Source: a virus (taxonomy: Duplodnaviria > Caudoviricetes). From it: 58,404 nucleotides of DNA. Below are positions 42,124 to 52,424 of the stretch, piece by piece (position 1 is the stretch's first letter; every line of letters starts with the position of its first letter). Location of the stretch: the IMG/VR virus record IMGVR_UViG_3300003465_000373, positions 1 through 58,404 of that record; one strand, 5' to 3'. Below the pieces are notes generated by a model. That model searched no databases. It was not told the DNA's origin and was given only the letters and a program-made list of their open reading frames with translations. The translations under genes and the position numbers were made by a program.

Positions 42124-43189
42124 GAGTAAAGCACAACGCCGTGCATGTTATGCCAGGAACGACCCCAATTGGGATTGTGGTGAGTGGGAGTCTCACACCA
42201 AGAACAAAAGACTACCAGAACGAGTGACCAAGGATCACATGGACTTTAAGAGTTTCTACCACCAGGCTGAAGTCCAAGACATCAGCGAAGGCAAGGTAGG
42301 CCGTTTCCTCGGTCGCCTTGCCGGCGTGGCCTTGCCGACCCTCGGCGGGGCCTACGCCACTGCCTCGATGATGGGCACTGGCGACCCGCTCGGGCCAGGT
42401 AGTGCTCCGGGTGGACTGGCCGGTTTCTTTGGCGGGATGATGAAAGGCGGCGACATTGGGGCAGCCATCGGTGACAGCCTCGGAGATAAGCTGTGGAGCG
42501 GCGTCAAGTCATTCCTTGGTCTGTTTCGTAGGAGAAAGCCGGCAGCAACGGCAACACAGAATTACATCGACAAACTGGCGGCGGGCCGCACCGACCTACC
42601 AACCGACGAACCAGTGGTAAGGGACCAACCACAGTCTATTCGGTCCTTGGCACAGCGTAAGCAGGACGACCTTAGCGATGAGGACTACATGACCAGGCGA
42701 CAGCAGCGGAAGGCGGCATCTGAGGCCCTTATCGCCGCCATGTCCATCGCCCGCTACTCTTCCGATCAGATCATGCGGATGTATAATCTGTCTCCAAGCA
42801 ACGAGATACTGACGCTGTGGGCCATGAACTATATGGACGCCATCGCCAAGGCTGGTCAAGAAGGAGGCAAAGAGGCGGCTGTCAGAGAGGCTTTGCATAG
42901 CCTGGCCGACATGATCGCTAAAGGCAAAATGGAGAAACCGCAGCGGAAAGAACGTGCGGCTACGCCGGCTGAAGAGCCGCAGACCGTGAAGGCCCCGGAC
43001 GTACCGTTAGCCGGGCCAGAAGACCTCAAAGTGCCAGATAGCCTCACCAAGCCGTCCGTGACACGTCAGATCGACTTGTTTGGAAATGAAATAGAAACGC
43101 CGTCTCAGAAGAGACGGCGTTCAGGTGGGGGCGGTCGTCGTCGGCGTGCTCCAACAACAATGGAGCAACCTGGCCTGTTTGATAATTAG
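42113..43189 (+). CDS. hypothetical protein with glycine-zipper region
   Basis: MPFKSKAQRR start; Gly-rich hydrophobic segment. Confidence 0.7.
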   Translation: MPFKSKAQRRACYARNDPNWDCGEWESHTKNKRLPERVTKDHMDFKSFYHQAEVQDISEGKVGRFLGRLAGVALPTLGGAYATASMMGTGDPLGPGSAPGGLAGFFGGMMKGGDIGAAIGDSLGDKLWSGVKSFLGLFRRRKPAATATQNYIDKLAAGRTDLPTDEPVVRDQPQSIRSLAQRKQDDLSDEDYMTRRQQRKAASEALIAAMSIARYSSDQIMRMYNLSPSNEILTLWAMNYMDAIAKAGQEGGKEAAVREALHSLADMIAKGKMEKPQRKERAATPAEEPQTVKAPDVPLAGPEDLKVPDSLTKPSVTRQIDLFGNEIETPSQKRRRSGGGGRRRRAPTTMEQPGLFDN

Positions 43190-43539
43190 CCACTTGTTGC
43201 TTCGGCGTGCATCTGTTCGACCTCTTCGGGCGTAACGCTGCGGGCGACCTTCAGGGCACTGCGGAACATACGTCCGCCGAGGACACCGTGGGCCTCCTCA
43301 TCATCCACTTTGTCACGGATAATCCGACGCAGACGCCAGCGTTCCATCAACCCTGGGTTCTGCATTGCATTCGCCACCTGCTCTCTGTTCTGATAACACT
43401 GGTAGACCGCTTTCACAACCTCGATCAATACGGTCGCAATGGTGGTAATCGTAAACGGGTCAATAGCGTACACCTTCACCGGTTCATCGCCAGCCATGTC
43501 GTTGGCAATGGCCCTTGCCTTTTCTTCAATAATGCTCAT
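43186..43539 (-). CDS. hypothetical protein
   Basis: 117-aa ORF with AAGGA RBS. Confidence 0.65.
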   Translation of the reverse strand: MSIIEEKARAIANDMAGDEPVKVYAIDPFTITTIATVLIEVVKAVYQCYQNREQVANAMQNPGLMERWRLRRIIRDKVDDEEAHGVLGGRMFRSALKVARSVTPEEVEQMHAEATSG

Positions 43540-43595
43540 GCTGAGTCCTTTCGTTTTGGCAGCGGCAAACTGCCGCCGCAGCCCTATATACCCTC

Positions 43596-44267
43596 ATGGA
43601 ACTCGCTTTCAAGACATGGCTCACCGAACAGGGACCGGTCGGGCCTGACATGACAACAGCCCATCAGGCTTCAGCATTGCTCCAGAAGGAATTGCAGCAG
43701 TTGCAGAACAACCCGCAGAAGATCGTAGATGCCATGCGGAAGTTGGGTGTGGACCCGGAACAGTTCAAAACCGGAAGTCAGGAAGACCGCATCAACTTGT
43801 TCAACCAACTGACGATGAAGCTGGAAGGGAATCCGCAAGTCCAGAGGATCATGGACACGGTGAATAAGATGAAGAACCAGCCGCTCCCGGAGTGGGTCAT
43901 CGAGGAAGGGTTCTGGGGTGTAGTGAAGACACTTGCCTCACCGCTCGTCTATCTGGGAAAAAAGGCCCTGGAGACGATTTCCTTTGTTCTTCAGCCGATT
44001 CCCGGCGTCGGTGGTCTATTGGCTAAAGCGTTTGCACCGTGGCGTGAACTAGAGAAAGACCTGGGTAAAGGGCGTGTTCAATACACGGGGATGTTGTTAT
44101 TGACGTTTTTGTTGTCGCCAATGTTGCTTGGCATAGGTGTGGCCACAGGGAACCCAGGGGCAGTAGCCGCTGGAGTCAGTACAGCCGGTTATTCGCTGGC
44201 TTGGTGGGCACACATGCTCTTCGGCAAAGCCGTCATGGAGCCGTTTTTGAAGTTGGCTGACGGTTAG
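43596..44267 (+). CDS. membrane protein with capsid-targeting-like N terminus
   Basis: MELAFKTWLTEQ; C-terminal TM helices. Confidence 0.7.
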   Translation: MELAFKTWLTEQGPVGPDMTTAHQASALLQKELQQLQNNPQKIVDAMRKLGVDPEQFKTGSQEDRINLFNQLTMKLEGNPQVQRIMDTVNKMKNQPLPEWVIEEGFWGVVKTLASPLVYLGKKALETISFVLQPIPGVGGLLAKAFAPWRELEKDLGKGRVQYTGMLLLTFLLSPMLLGIGVATGNPGAVAAGVSTAGYSLAWWAHMLFGKAVMEPFLKLADG

Positions 44268-44964
44268 TTTCGTTCTTGAAGTCCCTTACCACGTCTTCCA
44301 ATTTGTCAAAGTGTGGAAGTTTGAAGACGCAGAATGTCGAGGCCAGAAGTTCCTCCTGCATGAGCCGCTGCGTTTCTTCTGAATACGCCTGATAACTCTT
44401 ACGATTCCTGTTCGTTATCTTCAGTGTGGGTAAATCGTCAAACTTGACGTATTTTATGTCCGTCCACTGCCCGGTTCTGTTTACCATGATGACAGCGGTG
44501 TAGTCAAATCTGTGGGACTTGTGCCGATGGGTGCTGGGGACGATCTGGTTATTGATGATGTGTTCCCGGCCGTCACGGAAAGATACGTTGAATTTGCCGT
44601 CTTCATCGGCCGTTTTGCATTCAACGGTGAGTGTTTTTGGCAGGTCAAGGCCGCTCAGTTCGTAGTCGTACCGTGCCCCACGGTCCATGTCGTCCATCTT
44701 GCGACATTGGTAGCCGAGCTTTTTTGCGGCGGTGGCGAATGATAACTCGGAAATACAACCGACGACGTGTGAGAAAGCGTTGCACTTCTCGATAGCACGA
44801 AAGAACTCATTGGGGCTGATCCAGTCGAGTCCAAACCGTTTCGCAATTTCGTCATCAACCTCAAGCAACATTGCCGGAATATGCCTCAAAGAACTGACTT
44901 CTCCGAAGTATATCGGCAAATCGGCCTCAGAACTTGACTCGGAATAATCCGCAAAGTCCGCCAA
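44233..44964 (-). CDS. putative PD-(D/E)xK endonuclease (start uncertain)
   Basis: G.ISE, RYDYE, TVECKT, FDY.AV pattern. Confidence 0.55.
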   Translation of the reverse strand: MADFADYSESSSEADLPIYFGEVSSLRHIPAMLLEVDDEIAKRFGLDWISPNEFFRAIEKCNAFSHVVGCISELSFATAAKKLGYQCRKMDDMDRGARYDYELSGLDLPKTLTVECKTADEDGKFNVSFRDGREHIINNQIVPSTHRHKSHRFDYTAVIMVNRTGQWTDIKYVKFDDLPTLKITNRNRKSYQAYSEETQRLMQEELLASTFCVFKLPHFDKLEDVVRDFKNETNRQPTSKTAP

Positions 44965-44970
44965 CTCAAC

Positions 44971-45000
44971 AAAAAACCCTCGATCCGAAGATCGAGGGTT
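44971..45000 (-). terminator. intrinsic terminator after the major capsid gene
   Basis: CCCTCGAT hairpin with T run. Confidence 0.9.
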
Positions 45001-45032
45001 AAGTTTTACTACAAGTTCACGTTGAGTTCACG

Positions 45033-46469
45033 TTAGATGACGAAGTTCGCAATGCTCATACGAGCGTAGAACTTGGCACCTTCACGCAACAACTTCTTTC
45101 CATAACGGGTCAAGATACCCTTGCGTGGGCAGAAGCTCTCAGGATCAAGAACAACTGGAGTCTGGGTCAACGGTACATATGGACAGTAGAAGTAACCCGA
45201 GTCCATATAACTATCACCACGGTATCCCATGAGAATCTGTCCAGATGGGAACAATGGGTCTTTGTACAACCGCCACCGGTTGTTAACAGTACCAACGTAC
45301 TGGATACCAAGAGACGAAGTGAACGTCTCAGATGGAGTCGGTGCGAAACCTGCGGTTGCCGTCTCGAAGATGGAGGCGACTTCAGGGCTGGTCACAAGCC
45401 AGTTGCAGCCACCACGCAGCGTCTTCCGGTGGACGACGTTGCTAACTTCAACAACCTTGACGTACAGAGACTCGTACTTTTCCTTGATCGTGTCACCCAG
45501 GGCTGTGTTGAAATCCCATGCCGCAACCGTACCTGCGTTGTTACGGAGGTCGGTGAGAACTTCACGGTCAATTTCCAGGTTAATTTCCTGGGCCAGAACT
45601 GCGGTCAACTCGGCCTCTGCGTCCAAGTTGTGCTGGGAACGCAAGTCCTGCTGGGCCTCGTAGCTCCAGACTGCCTTCAACTTGCGAGTCTTGGCCGTGA
45701 TGTCTTCCGACTCAATGACCAAGTTCACTTCTGGCAGGTCTTGGTTGCATTCCATGTTGTACTCGTAAGAGGCAACGATGGAGTTAGCACCTGGGTCTGC
45801 GGACCAAGTGAAGGTTACAACACCACTCGTGGCGTTGAGGGTAGCGGCAGTTACCTTCGGGGAAGGCGTGCCGATGTCAACGAACACGATAGAGCCGGCG
45901 GCGTTCGTGGAGAACGTCTGGATTGCAACTGCACCGTCATACACGGTTCCCAAGAACGTGCCGCTGAAGACCGGAGTCTTCTCCAACGTGTAGGTGAGGC
46001 TCGTGCCGCCACCGGCGTTGTTCTGCGTCTCGTTCTGGACGAACTGCGACGTGTAGAAGATGTCCAAGTTGCCATCACCAGATGCCAACTGCTGGAGGGA
46101 CGAAGAGTCGTCCGATGGGAAGCCACCCTGGTTGGTCGCACCACGCATCGCACCCTTGTTGGAGGAGTAGCGGAAGCGGAGGTAGTACACAAGGCCAGTT
46201 GGACCCAAGAGCGGCTGAACGCTAACAATCTTGTTTGCGATCAACTGCGGGTAAATACGGCGTACCAACGGAATAGAGATACGCTTGAATTGTGCGATGT
46301 CGCTCGTGTCGGTCGAAACCTCATTGATGAGCCTCTGGTTTTCCAGAAGGACGGCGGTCGTTCCCCTGACGAAGCGATCATTGATGCCTTCGAGAAGGCC
46401 AACCTCACTCCAACGACGCTCCAACACGGCAGCTTCGTTGAGCAGGCGAGAGTTCATACTCATGTTCAT
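45033..46469 (-). CDS. gp23: major capsid protein (T4 gp23-like)
   Basis: TAVLLENQ, SVQPL.GPTGL, AKTRKLKA.WS.EAQQDL..HNLDAEAEL, YCPYVPL, P.KG..TRYG. Confidence 0.97.
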   Translation of the reverse strand: MNMSMNSRLLNEAAVLERRWSEVGLLEGINDRFVRGTTAVLLENQRLINEVSTDTSDIAQFKRISIPLVRRIYPQLIANKIVSVQPLLGPTGLVYYLRFRYSSNKGAMRGATNQGGFPSDDSSSLQQLASGDGNLDIFYTSQFVQNETQNNAGGGTSLTYTLEKTPVFSGTFLGTVYDGAVAIQTFSTNAAGSIVFVDIGTPSPKVTAATLNATSGVVTFTWSADPGANSIVASYEYNMECNQDLPEVNLVIESEDITAKTRKLKAVWSYEAQQDLRSQHNLDAEAELTAVLAQEINLEIDREVLTDLRNNAGTVAAWDFNTALGDTIKEKYESLYVKVVEVSNVVHRKTLRGGCNWLVTSPEVASIFETATAGFAPTPSETFTSSLGIQYVGTVNNRWRLYKDPLFPSGQILMGYRGDSYMDSGYFYCPYVPLTQTPVVLDPESFCPRKGILTRYGKKLLREGAKFYARMSIANFVI

Positions 46470-46503
46470 GGTTTATTTAATCCTTTATACCAATGATCTT
46501 CAC

Positions 46504-47427
46504 TTATTGATTCTTGCTGCCGTACTCGGCCAGGTACTTCCACTCGTTGAAGAGTTTGTTCCGGGCACTGGTTGCAGCATCTTCGTCAGCAACGGGTTCG
46601 CCAGCGGCATTGACGTGTTCGGCAATCACCTTAACGTCGTCCACAACACGCTGTCCCTTGCTCTGTGCGTTCTTGGCCGCATGTTTCCGAGCAGTTCTTT
46701 CAATTCTGGCTCCCTCAGTCAGAACCTCTTGGGCCTGACGTGCAACTTCATTTAGCTTGGTGTTCTCGGTATGGAGCCTCATATTCCGAGCTTCAAGAAT
46801 CCTCATCTGGCCCTTGGTTTCCTCAAGCTGACGTGCCAACTCGTCCAACTTAGTAGAAGTGGCGAAGTTGTAGTCTTCAGCATCGAGGTAGTGGGATGCG
46901 ACTTCGAGAATCTTGTCCAACGCAACCTTGTGCTCTGCCATTGCTGGGTCGTTGAGCACGTCACGCTTGGCGGATTCAAAGAACTCCTCGCCCTTGAGTG
47001 CGAGGAACTGATCTACCTTGTCAACGATGTATTCCTTGATCTCGCCCAAGCGGTTGTCGTACTCCTCGTACAGATCGACTTCGAGAGTGTCGTTCTTGGA
47101 GCGTTCCTGCTGCAACATCTCGAAGGCTTCTTGATAACCTTCCTCAAGCTGCTGCTCGTACTCCTCCTTGAGCGTCTCGATGCGATCCCGCTGGTCGAGA
47201 ATAATCTCATACGCCTCGGCGTAGCCTTGTTCGGCCACCTTCTCTGCCTCGGCAATCTTGGCCTCGGCCTGTCCGTAGGCGTCCGCCAACTTGGCGTCAT
47301 ACTCGGCGTCCAATTCGGCAACGGCCTCGTCCAACATAGCCTTCACGGCATCGGCAACCTTGGCCTGAGCGTCTTCTGGAATCAGCCCGGACAACGCATT
47401 AAGAACCTTCTCTTGACTGGTCTTCAT
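46504..47427 (-). CDS. gp22: prohead core scaffold (gp22-like)
   Basis: Acidic coiled-coil protein between protease and capsid genes. Confidence 0.75.
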   Translation of the reverse strand: MKTSQEKVLNALSGLIPEDAQAKVADAVKAMLDEAVAELDAEYDAKLADAYGQAEAKIAEAEKVAEQGYAEAYEIILDQRDRIETLKEEYEQQLEEGYQEAFEMLQQERSKNDTLEVDLYEEYDNRLGEIKEYIVDKVDQFLALKGEEFFESAKRDVLNDPAMAEHKVALDKILEVASHYLDAEDYNFATSTKLDELARQLEETKGQMRILEARNMRLHTENTKLNEVARQAQEVLTEGARIERTARKHAAKNAQSKGQRVVDDVKVIAEHVNAAGEPVADEDAATSARNKLFNEWKYLAEYGSKNQ

Positions 47428-47476
47428 TTTTGATCCTCTCAAAGTCTTTTGAATTACTATGCCTTATCCGGCATGA

Positions 47477-48154
47477 TTATCTTCCAATCCTGTTCTTCAA
47501 TTCGTCGGTGTGCTTCTGTACCAAAGTTCCGATGAAGGAAATCAACGTCTTGTCGTTGAGGGTATTTACACTCCTGGCTTCATTTTTCACCACACAAGAG
47601 TCAATTTTCTGTGGTTCTGGTACATAGAAGTTCTCGTTCTTACCTTTGACCACTTGCTTCTGGAATGCAGAGAAAGTGCTCGGGTCCGCAACAGCGTCGA
47701 ACGTGATGAGCTTATAGCTCTCACCAATAACAAGAACGCCTTCGTTGTTAATCTGGCCGTTTCCTACACCACGGCTGCTAATACCAACTCGGCCACCGGC
47801 CTCCATGATCTTCTTCAAGATGATGCCGGCTGGCGTTGGAAGAACTTCACCTTCGCCCATAAGGGTATTGCCTTCCCACCACAACTTAGTAACGATGTGG
47901 GATGCTTCCTTAAGATGGATGATGCTGTCTGCTGGGTGATCCAACTCACCGTACAGGCTTCTACCCCTCATGGCCTCTTCGAGACGCACTACGTTCTGAG
48001 CGAGAACGTCATAGGGGTACATCCTCTTATTTTTGTTAACTGCGTTTGCTTCTTGGAACCGACCACGAAAAATACACTTACCAGTGCTACTTGACTCGTT
48101 AAGTGCAAGTTCGGCCCAACCAACGCATTCGGTGTATAGAACCATACTGTCCAT
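47477..48154 (-). CDS. gp21: prohead protease (T4 gp21-like)
   Basis: NKNKRMY, GELDHP, ASH, VLPTPAG, GISSRGVG, FDAVADPS. Confidence 0.95.
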   Translation of the reverse strand: MDSMVLYTECVGWAELALNESSSTGKCIFRGRFQEANAVNKNKRMYPYDVLAQNVVRLEEAMRGRSLYGELDHPADSIIHLKEASHIVTKLWWEGNTLMGEGEVLPTPAGIILKKIMEAGGRVGISSRGVGNGQINNEGVLVIGESYKLITFDAVADPSTFSAFQKQVVKGKNENFYVPEPQKIDSCVVKNEARSVNTLNDKTLISFIGTLVQKHTDELKNRIGR

Positions 48155-48221
48155 TGATTTCTCCCGTTAAGTTGGAAATGGAAGGTGGAGTGCCATCACT
48201 CCACCTTCCTGGTAACTTGCA

Positions 48222-50159
48222 TTAACCACTGATCTTCTGGTTGTAGTCGGCACCAATGCCTGGGCCACTTGGCAGGCTGCCACTTCCCTTGTCAACGATG
48301 AGATTATCGCTCTTCATCTTCCAAACGGAGATGGACTTTGGAACATATGGATTCTGGAGTTCTGGCCAAGTATCGCCGTGCATCTGAGCGAAACCGCCGT
48401 CATGGTTCTTGTCCACACCCGGCTCGCCCTTCATGGTGTAATCACCGAACGGCTTGAGGATATACGGGTTGTTCAACGACGGCCAAGTGTCCTTGCCGCC
48501 CTTGTTGCCCCAACCGTGGTTCCTCATCTGGTCGGCCTCGCCGCCCTTGTAGCTCTTACCGTCCGACACAGGAGCGGAGTCGCCCCAATCGCCCGTGTAG
48601 GAGCCTGGGTGGCCAGGCTGCTTGGCCTTCTTGTTCAAGATTGGGTGGTCGCCAACGACCGTAGTGTGTGCCGAATTCGACACATTCCAGTCCTCGGAGG
48701 CACCATCCAAGTTGGCCTCAACGATGGTCTGGAGATACTCAGCAACATCTGCTGCAAGCTCAAGCGTTGGAGCCTTTTGGCCTTCCAAAACCGCCTTAAG
48801 CTCAGTCAAGTATTCCGTGCTGGCTTCACGAACGTCCTCGTTGTTGGCTGCGAGTGCCATGCGGCGGACCTCAACAAGTGCGTTGTAAAGGTCCGTGTAG
48901 ACCTGCATCTCGGTGGCCATTGCCTCATCCAACTGCGGGTAGAAGCCCTTGACCACTGCCTGGAACTGCTCGTAAGCGTCCACGTCGCCCTCAGTCGTCA
49001 ACTTGGCGTTAGCCAACTGTGCGATGCGGTTCACCCGATCAGCGTAGGCGTCGTGTGCGACACGCAAAATACCTTCCGCCATGAACTGGCAGGTCTGATC
49101 GTCAAAATTAACCTGTCCAGCGTTGTCTAGGGCCTTCTTGATGGTCGAGGCCAACTCACTCTGCGTGAGATACAACACGTTCGGGTGCTTTGAGACGAGA
49201 TCACTGATGCTTTCCTCAAGCTCAGCGTTGTGCGACATATTGTTCAGCCGCTTGATCTTCGCTACGGACTTGATGAATTCTTCGTTGAACGCCAACGTCC
49301 GGGCTGCCTCACGCAAAACCTTTACGTCGGTCTTCAACGTCTTGTACTGGAGTTGGAGAATCTTACCTTCGTTCCTGACCTTGGTAGTCGGAATCTTGAT
49401 CGACAGCACGTCGCCCACGTCATTGGTCTTCACTTCGACGTTGCTGGTGTTGTGGCCATGCTGCACGAAGTCAACGTACTGGCTGACGTTCTCGCACAGA
49501 TTGAACCATTCCTTCATCATCTTGCCGGTCGTGCCGGTCTTGATGAGCTTCACCTTGCGGTGAATGCCGCCGATTTCGTTCCGCTTGCGAGTCCGCATTT
49601 CGGCAGACTTCTTGGACGGCATATTCCGCTTGCGGCGGGACAACTTCTGCTTGGAGGACTTGCCTGCGGCGAATCCGCCCTTGGCCTTATTGCCCCCGTG
49701 ACCCCACTTCACGACCTTGCCCTGGCGGGAGTCCCAACGCACAACGTCATCCGATTCCGTCATCTGTGTGACGCCGGACTTCCGTGCGTTCTTGAAGAGG
49801 TTCATATAATTCTCGAATTGCAAGTTCGCCTCAATCTCGTTGCCGTCCACGATGGCGTCAACCATCTTGGCAACGCACTCACGCAACCGCTTCCGCTGGC
49901 TCTCCGTATCCACCACAAGCTCGGTGATGTCATCGAAGCTGATGGACTCGTTAGTGAGGTTGTAATTGGCATGAATATAAGTGCCGTGGTCGGTGTCGTA
50001 GACAACCTTGCCATTATCAAAGAAGCGGAACGTCAATGGGCCGGAATCCAATACGTCGGCCAACACGTCTTGTGCTTCGTGCAACTCATATTCAGCTTGC
50101 GAAAGGGAGTCTTGCTCAATCCTGTCAAAGACTTCAAAGTTCACGAGTTTTCGTCGCAT
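48222..50159 (-). CDS. large head-module protein
   Basis: 645-aa ORF directly upstream of gp21; basic central stretch. Confidence 0.7.
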   Translation of the reverse strand: MRRKLVNFEVFDRIEQDSLSQAEYELHEAQDVLADVLDSGPLTFRFFDNGKVVYDTDHGTYIHANYNLTNESISFDDITELVVDTESQRKRLRECVAKMVDAIVDGNEIEANLQFENYMNLFKNARKSGVTQMTESDDVVRWDSRQGKVVKWGHGGNKAKGGFAAGKSSKQKLSRRKRNMPSKKSAEMRTRKRNEIGGIHRKVKLIKTGTTGKMMKEWFNLCENVSQYVDFVQHGHNTSNVEVKTNDVGDVLSIKIPTTKVRNEGKILQLQYKTLKTDVKVLREAARTLAFNEEFIKSVAKIKRLNNMSHNAELEESISDLVSKHPNVLYLTQSELASTIKKALDNAGQVNFDDQTCQFMAEGILRVAHDAYADRVNRIAQLANAKLTTEGDVDAYEQFQAVVKGFYPQLDEAMATEMQVYTDLYNALVEVRRMALAANNEDVREASTEYLTELKAVLEGQKAPTLELAADVAEYLQTIVEANLDGASEDWNVSNSAHTTVVGDHPILNKKAKQPGHPGSYTGDWGDSAPVSDGKSYKGGEADQMRNHGWGNKGGKDTWPSLNNPYILKPFGDYTMKGEPGVDKNHDGGFAQMHGDTWPELQNPYVPKSISVWKMKSDNLIVDKGSGSLPSGPGIGADYNQKISG

Positions 50160-50296
50160 ATTAACTCCTACTCCGTAGCTGTGGCTTACTAAACCATGTG
50201 TGGTATGTATGCTCTTGGAATGAAAAACTTCACTTATCCCTAAAATTAGTTCCGGCCGGGTAAATACCTGGCGATAAAGTTCACCCGGAGAACGAG

Positions 50297-50617
50297 ATGG
50301 ATATGAGTTCCTATGAGGACAACTTGGCTAAGGAGTGCCCGGCTTTAGCCGCTTTTGAAAGGCGACGACTCGCACATATCAACGAGGCGTTTCTGAATAC
50401 AACCGCCACCAAATCGGAACCGGAGAAGGCTGAACCGACAGAAACACCAAAGTCGGACCATAACAGACAGGCACTAATCAAAGAAATCAGCCGATTGACC
50501 AAGCAAGCAGAAGATTTGGTTGTCAAAATTCGTGGCAAGGAGGCGGACGCCCTCCAGCAAGCCATGCTCCATGCTGACTGGATGAAGAACTTATTGGCCC
50601 TGGTGATAGGTGGATAA
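50297..50617 (+). CDS. hypothetical protein (shares N terminus with 51672 ORF)
   Basis: SYEDNLAKECPALAAFERRRLAHINEAFL. Confidence 0.7.
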   Translation: MDMSSYEDNLAKECPALAAFERRRLAHINEAFLNTTATKSEPEKAEPTETPKSDHNRQALIKEISRLTKQAEDLVVKIRGKEADALQQAMLHADWMKNLLALVIGG

Positions 50618-50619
50618 AG

Positions 50620-51021
50620 ATGAGAAAACTAACATTCCGAGATTACGTCCGATACCGTGAAAGCCAGGCAGAAGAAGAATTCGGCATGGACGATGAAGGT
50701 GATGACATTGAGAAGATCAACCACTTTATGCTCCTCGCCCTGGCCGATCAAGACATTCGTGGCAGCCTCTATCCCATACTTCAACAGATCGCAGGACAGG
50801 ATGACACCGGCGAGATGCAAGACCTTCTCAAGCGGATCGACATCAATAGCCTTGGCCGTAAAGCTAAGAAAATGCTAAAGGCCAAACTGCGTCACGGCCA
50901 CGACAACGACGACGGCCCGGCCACGCCAGAAGATAAGATTGACAGGATGGATATGGTGAAGCCGGCCTATGCCGATAGTGGTAAGGGCATGGACGACAAC
51001 AACTCGCAAGGAGGCCCGTAA
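50620..51021 (+). CDS. hypothetical protein
   Basis: Starts MRKLTFRDYV. Confidence 0.65.
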   Translation: MRKLTFRDYVRYRESQAEEEFGMDDEGDDIEKINHFMLLALADQDIRGSLYPILQQIAGQDDTGEMQDLLKRIDINSLGRKAKKMLKAKLRHGHDNDDGPATPEDKIDRMDMVKPAYADSGKGMDDNNSQGGP

Positions 51022-51653
51022 TGTACCAAGTTTACCAACAGCCGAGCGACTTGTGGGGCCTTAAGTACATTCCTGTACTTGAGAACTACAGCATGGACGC
51101 AGACGGCCCGATGGTTGTCGATAAAATCATCCCTAACCCGTTCGGCTTCCAGGCCATCGACAGACAGGCACTCCGGGAAGAAATCATACGTCTCGGCAGC
51201 GACCTTCGCTACATCATGGAAATCGGCGTTTCCATCGTGCGTATAGAAGAAGAGTCCAAAGGCTCCACACAGGTCATATTGGAGAATAAGCCGGCCGACG
51301 CCATCTACGTCGGTTTCGACATCAACGACCACGGTGGCTGGGTCCGTGAACATCCTAACTGCTACTTCTTCGCCTGTGATTCCGAGAATATGGAGTTCAT
51401 CGAAGCAAAGCTGAAAGAAGTTGGGATGCCAGAAATCGACCTCTACCTGATCGACGGTTGGCACTCGGTTAACAAAGTGCTTAAGGAATGGAGATATACG
51501 AAATGGCTCTCTAGGCATGGGTCTGTTGTGATGCACGACATCAGTTGTCATCCATGCGGCCTCGTGTTCGACGCCATTGACGAAGAACTTTTCGACAAGC
51601 GACGGCACGAGAGCAATGGAAGTTGGGGTCTTGGTATTGCTGTTAAGAAATAA
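51021..51653 (+). CDS. methyltransferase (Methyltransf_24-like)
   Basis: IMEIGV, IDLYLIDGWHS, VVMHD, WGLGI. Confidence 0.8.
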   Translation: MYQVYQQPSDLWGLKYIPVLENYSMDADGPMVVDKIIPNPFGFQAIDRQALREEIIRLGSDLRYIMEIGVSIVRIEEESKGSTQVILENKPADAIYVGFDINDHGGWVREHPNCYFFACDSENMEFIEAKLKEVGMPEIDLYLIDGWHSVNKVLKEWRYTKWLSRHGSVVMHDISCHPCGLVFDAIDEELFDKRRHESNGSWGLGIAVKK

Positions 51654-51671
51654 ATATCTGGAGGATACAAC

Positions 51672-52349
51672 ATGAAGTCGTTTGAAGACAAGCTACACGA
51701 AGACTGCCCGGCCTTGGCGGCGTTTGAGGCAAAACGCCTAGCGAAGCTCAACGAAGCATTCTTGAAGACGGCCCCAGCACCGAAGCCTGCTGTCAAACCA
51801 GCCGCACCCCCGGCTGCTGGCACGCCTCCCTCACCGCAACCTGCCGCCGCCGCACCCCAAGGATTCTCGCCGCTACCGCAGGGAATACCAAAGGAAGACC
51901 CCATCGTTTGGCGTGCTGAGGACCAGCCAAACGACCCAAACCACTTCAAAAGCCTTGACGACGCCATCGGGAAAGCACCGCCCATTGGTCACAGTCCGAC
52001 TGAACAACAACAGCTTGCATCAGCGATAGGCCGGCTCTGGCGTGACTCGGACGGCATTGTGCAAGGCTTGAAGAAAGTCAACGAGGTATTCACACAACTA
52101 ATGCCCAGCCTTGGGCCAGAAGTGAGCAACTTCTTATCGGCCAGCTTGGGCCAGGTGTTTGGCATTATCCAAGAAAAGGCCAGAGATATTCGTGGCGTTG
52201 CTGTCGAACTGAAACAGATGATGGGCAACATGCTCAAGGCTGGCCACGGCGATAAAGACTTCCGTCAAATGCACGCCGATCTCAAGGCCAGGAACCCCGC
52301 AGGCTACATGGACGACCTGGAAGGTGATGTAATCGACGCTCGTAAATAA
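51672..52349 (+). CDS. hypothetical protein (shares N terminus with 50297 ORF)
   Basis: SFEDKLHEDCPALAAFEAKRLAKLNEAFL. Confidence 0.7.
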   Translation: MKSFEDKLHEDCPALAAFEAKRLAKLNEAFLKTAPAPKPAVKPAAPPAAGTPPSPQPAAAAPQGFSPLPQGIPKEDPIVWRAEDQPNDPNHFKSLDDAIGKAPPIGHSPTEQQQLASAIGRLWRDSDGIVQGLKKVNEVFTQLMPSLGPEVSNFLSASLGQVFGIIQEKARDIRGVAVELKQMMGNMLKAGHGDKDFRQMHADLKARNPAGYMDDLEGDVIDARK

Positions 52350-52424
52350 CGAAAAAACGAAGACGCCCAGGTTGCCGATACTCAATGGACACCTGGGCGT
52401 TCCGCCTTCAGGAGTAAGGTGCTG

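Noticed and set aside
45229-50192. Long plus-strand ORFs over the head genes (also 9781-10635, 22430-23194)
   Set aside because: Antisense shadows of well-supported minus-strand genes caused by codon bias.
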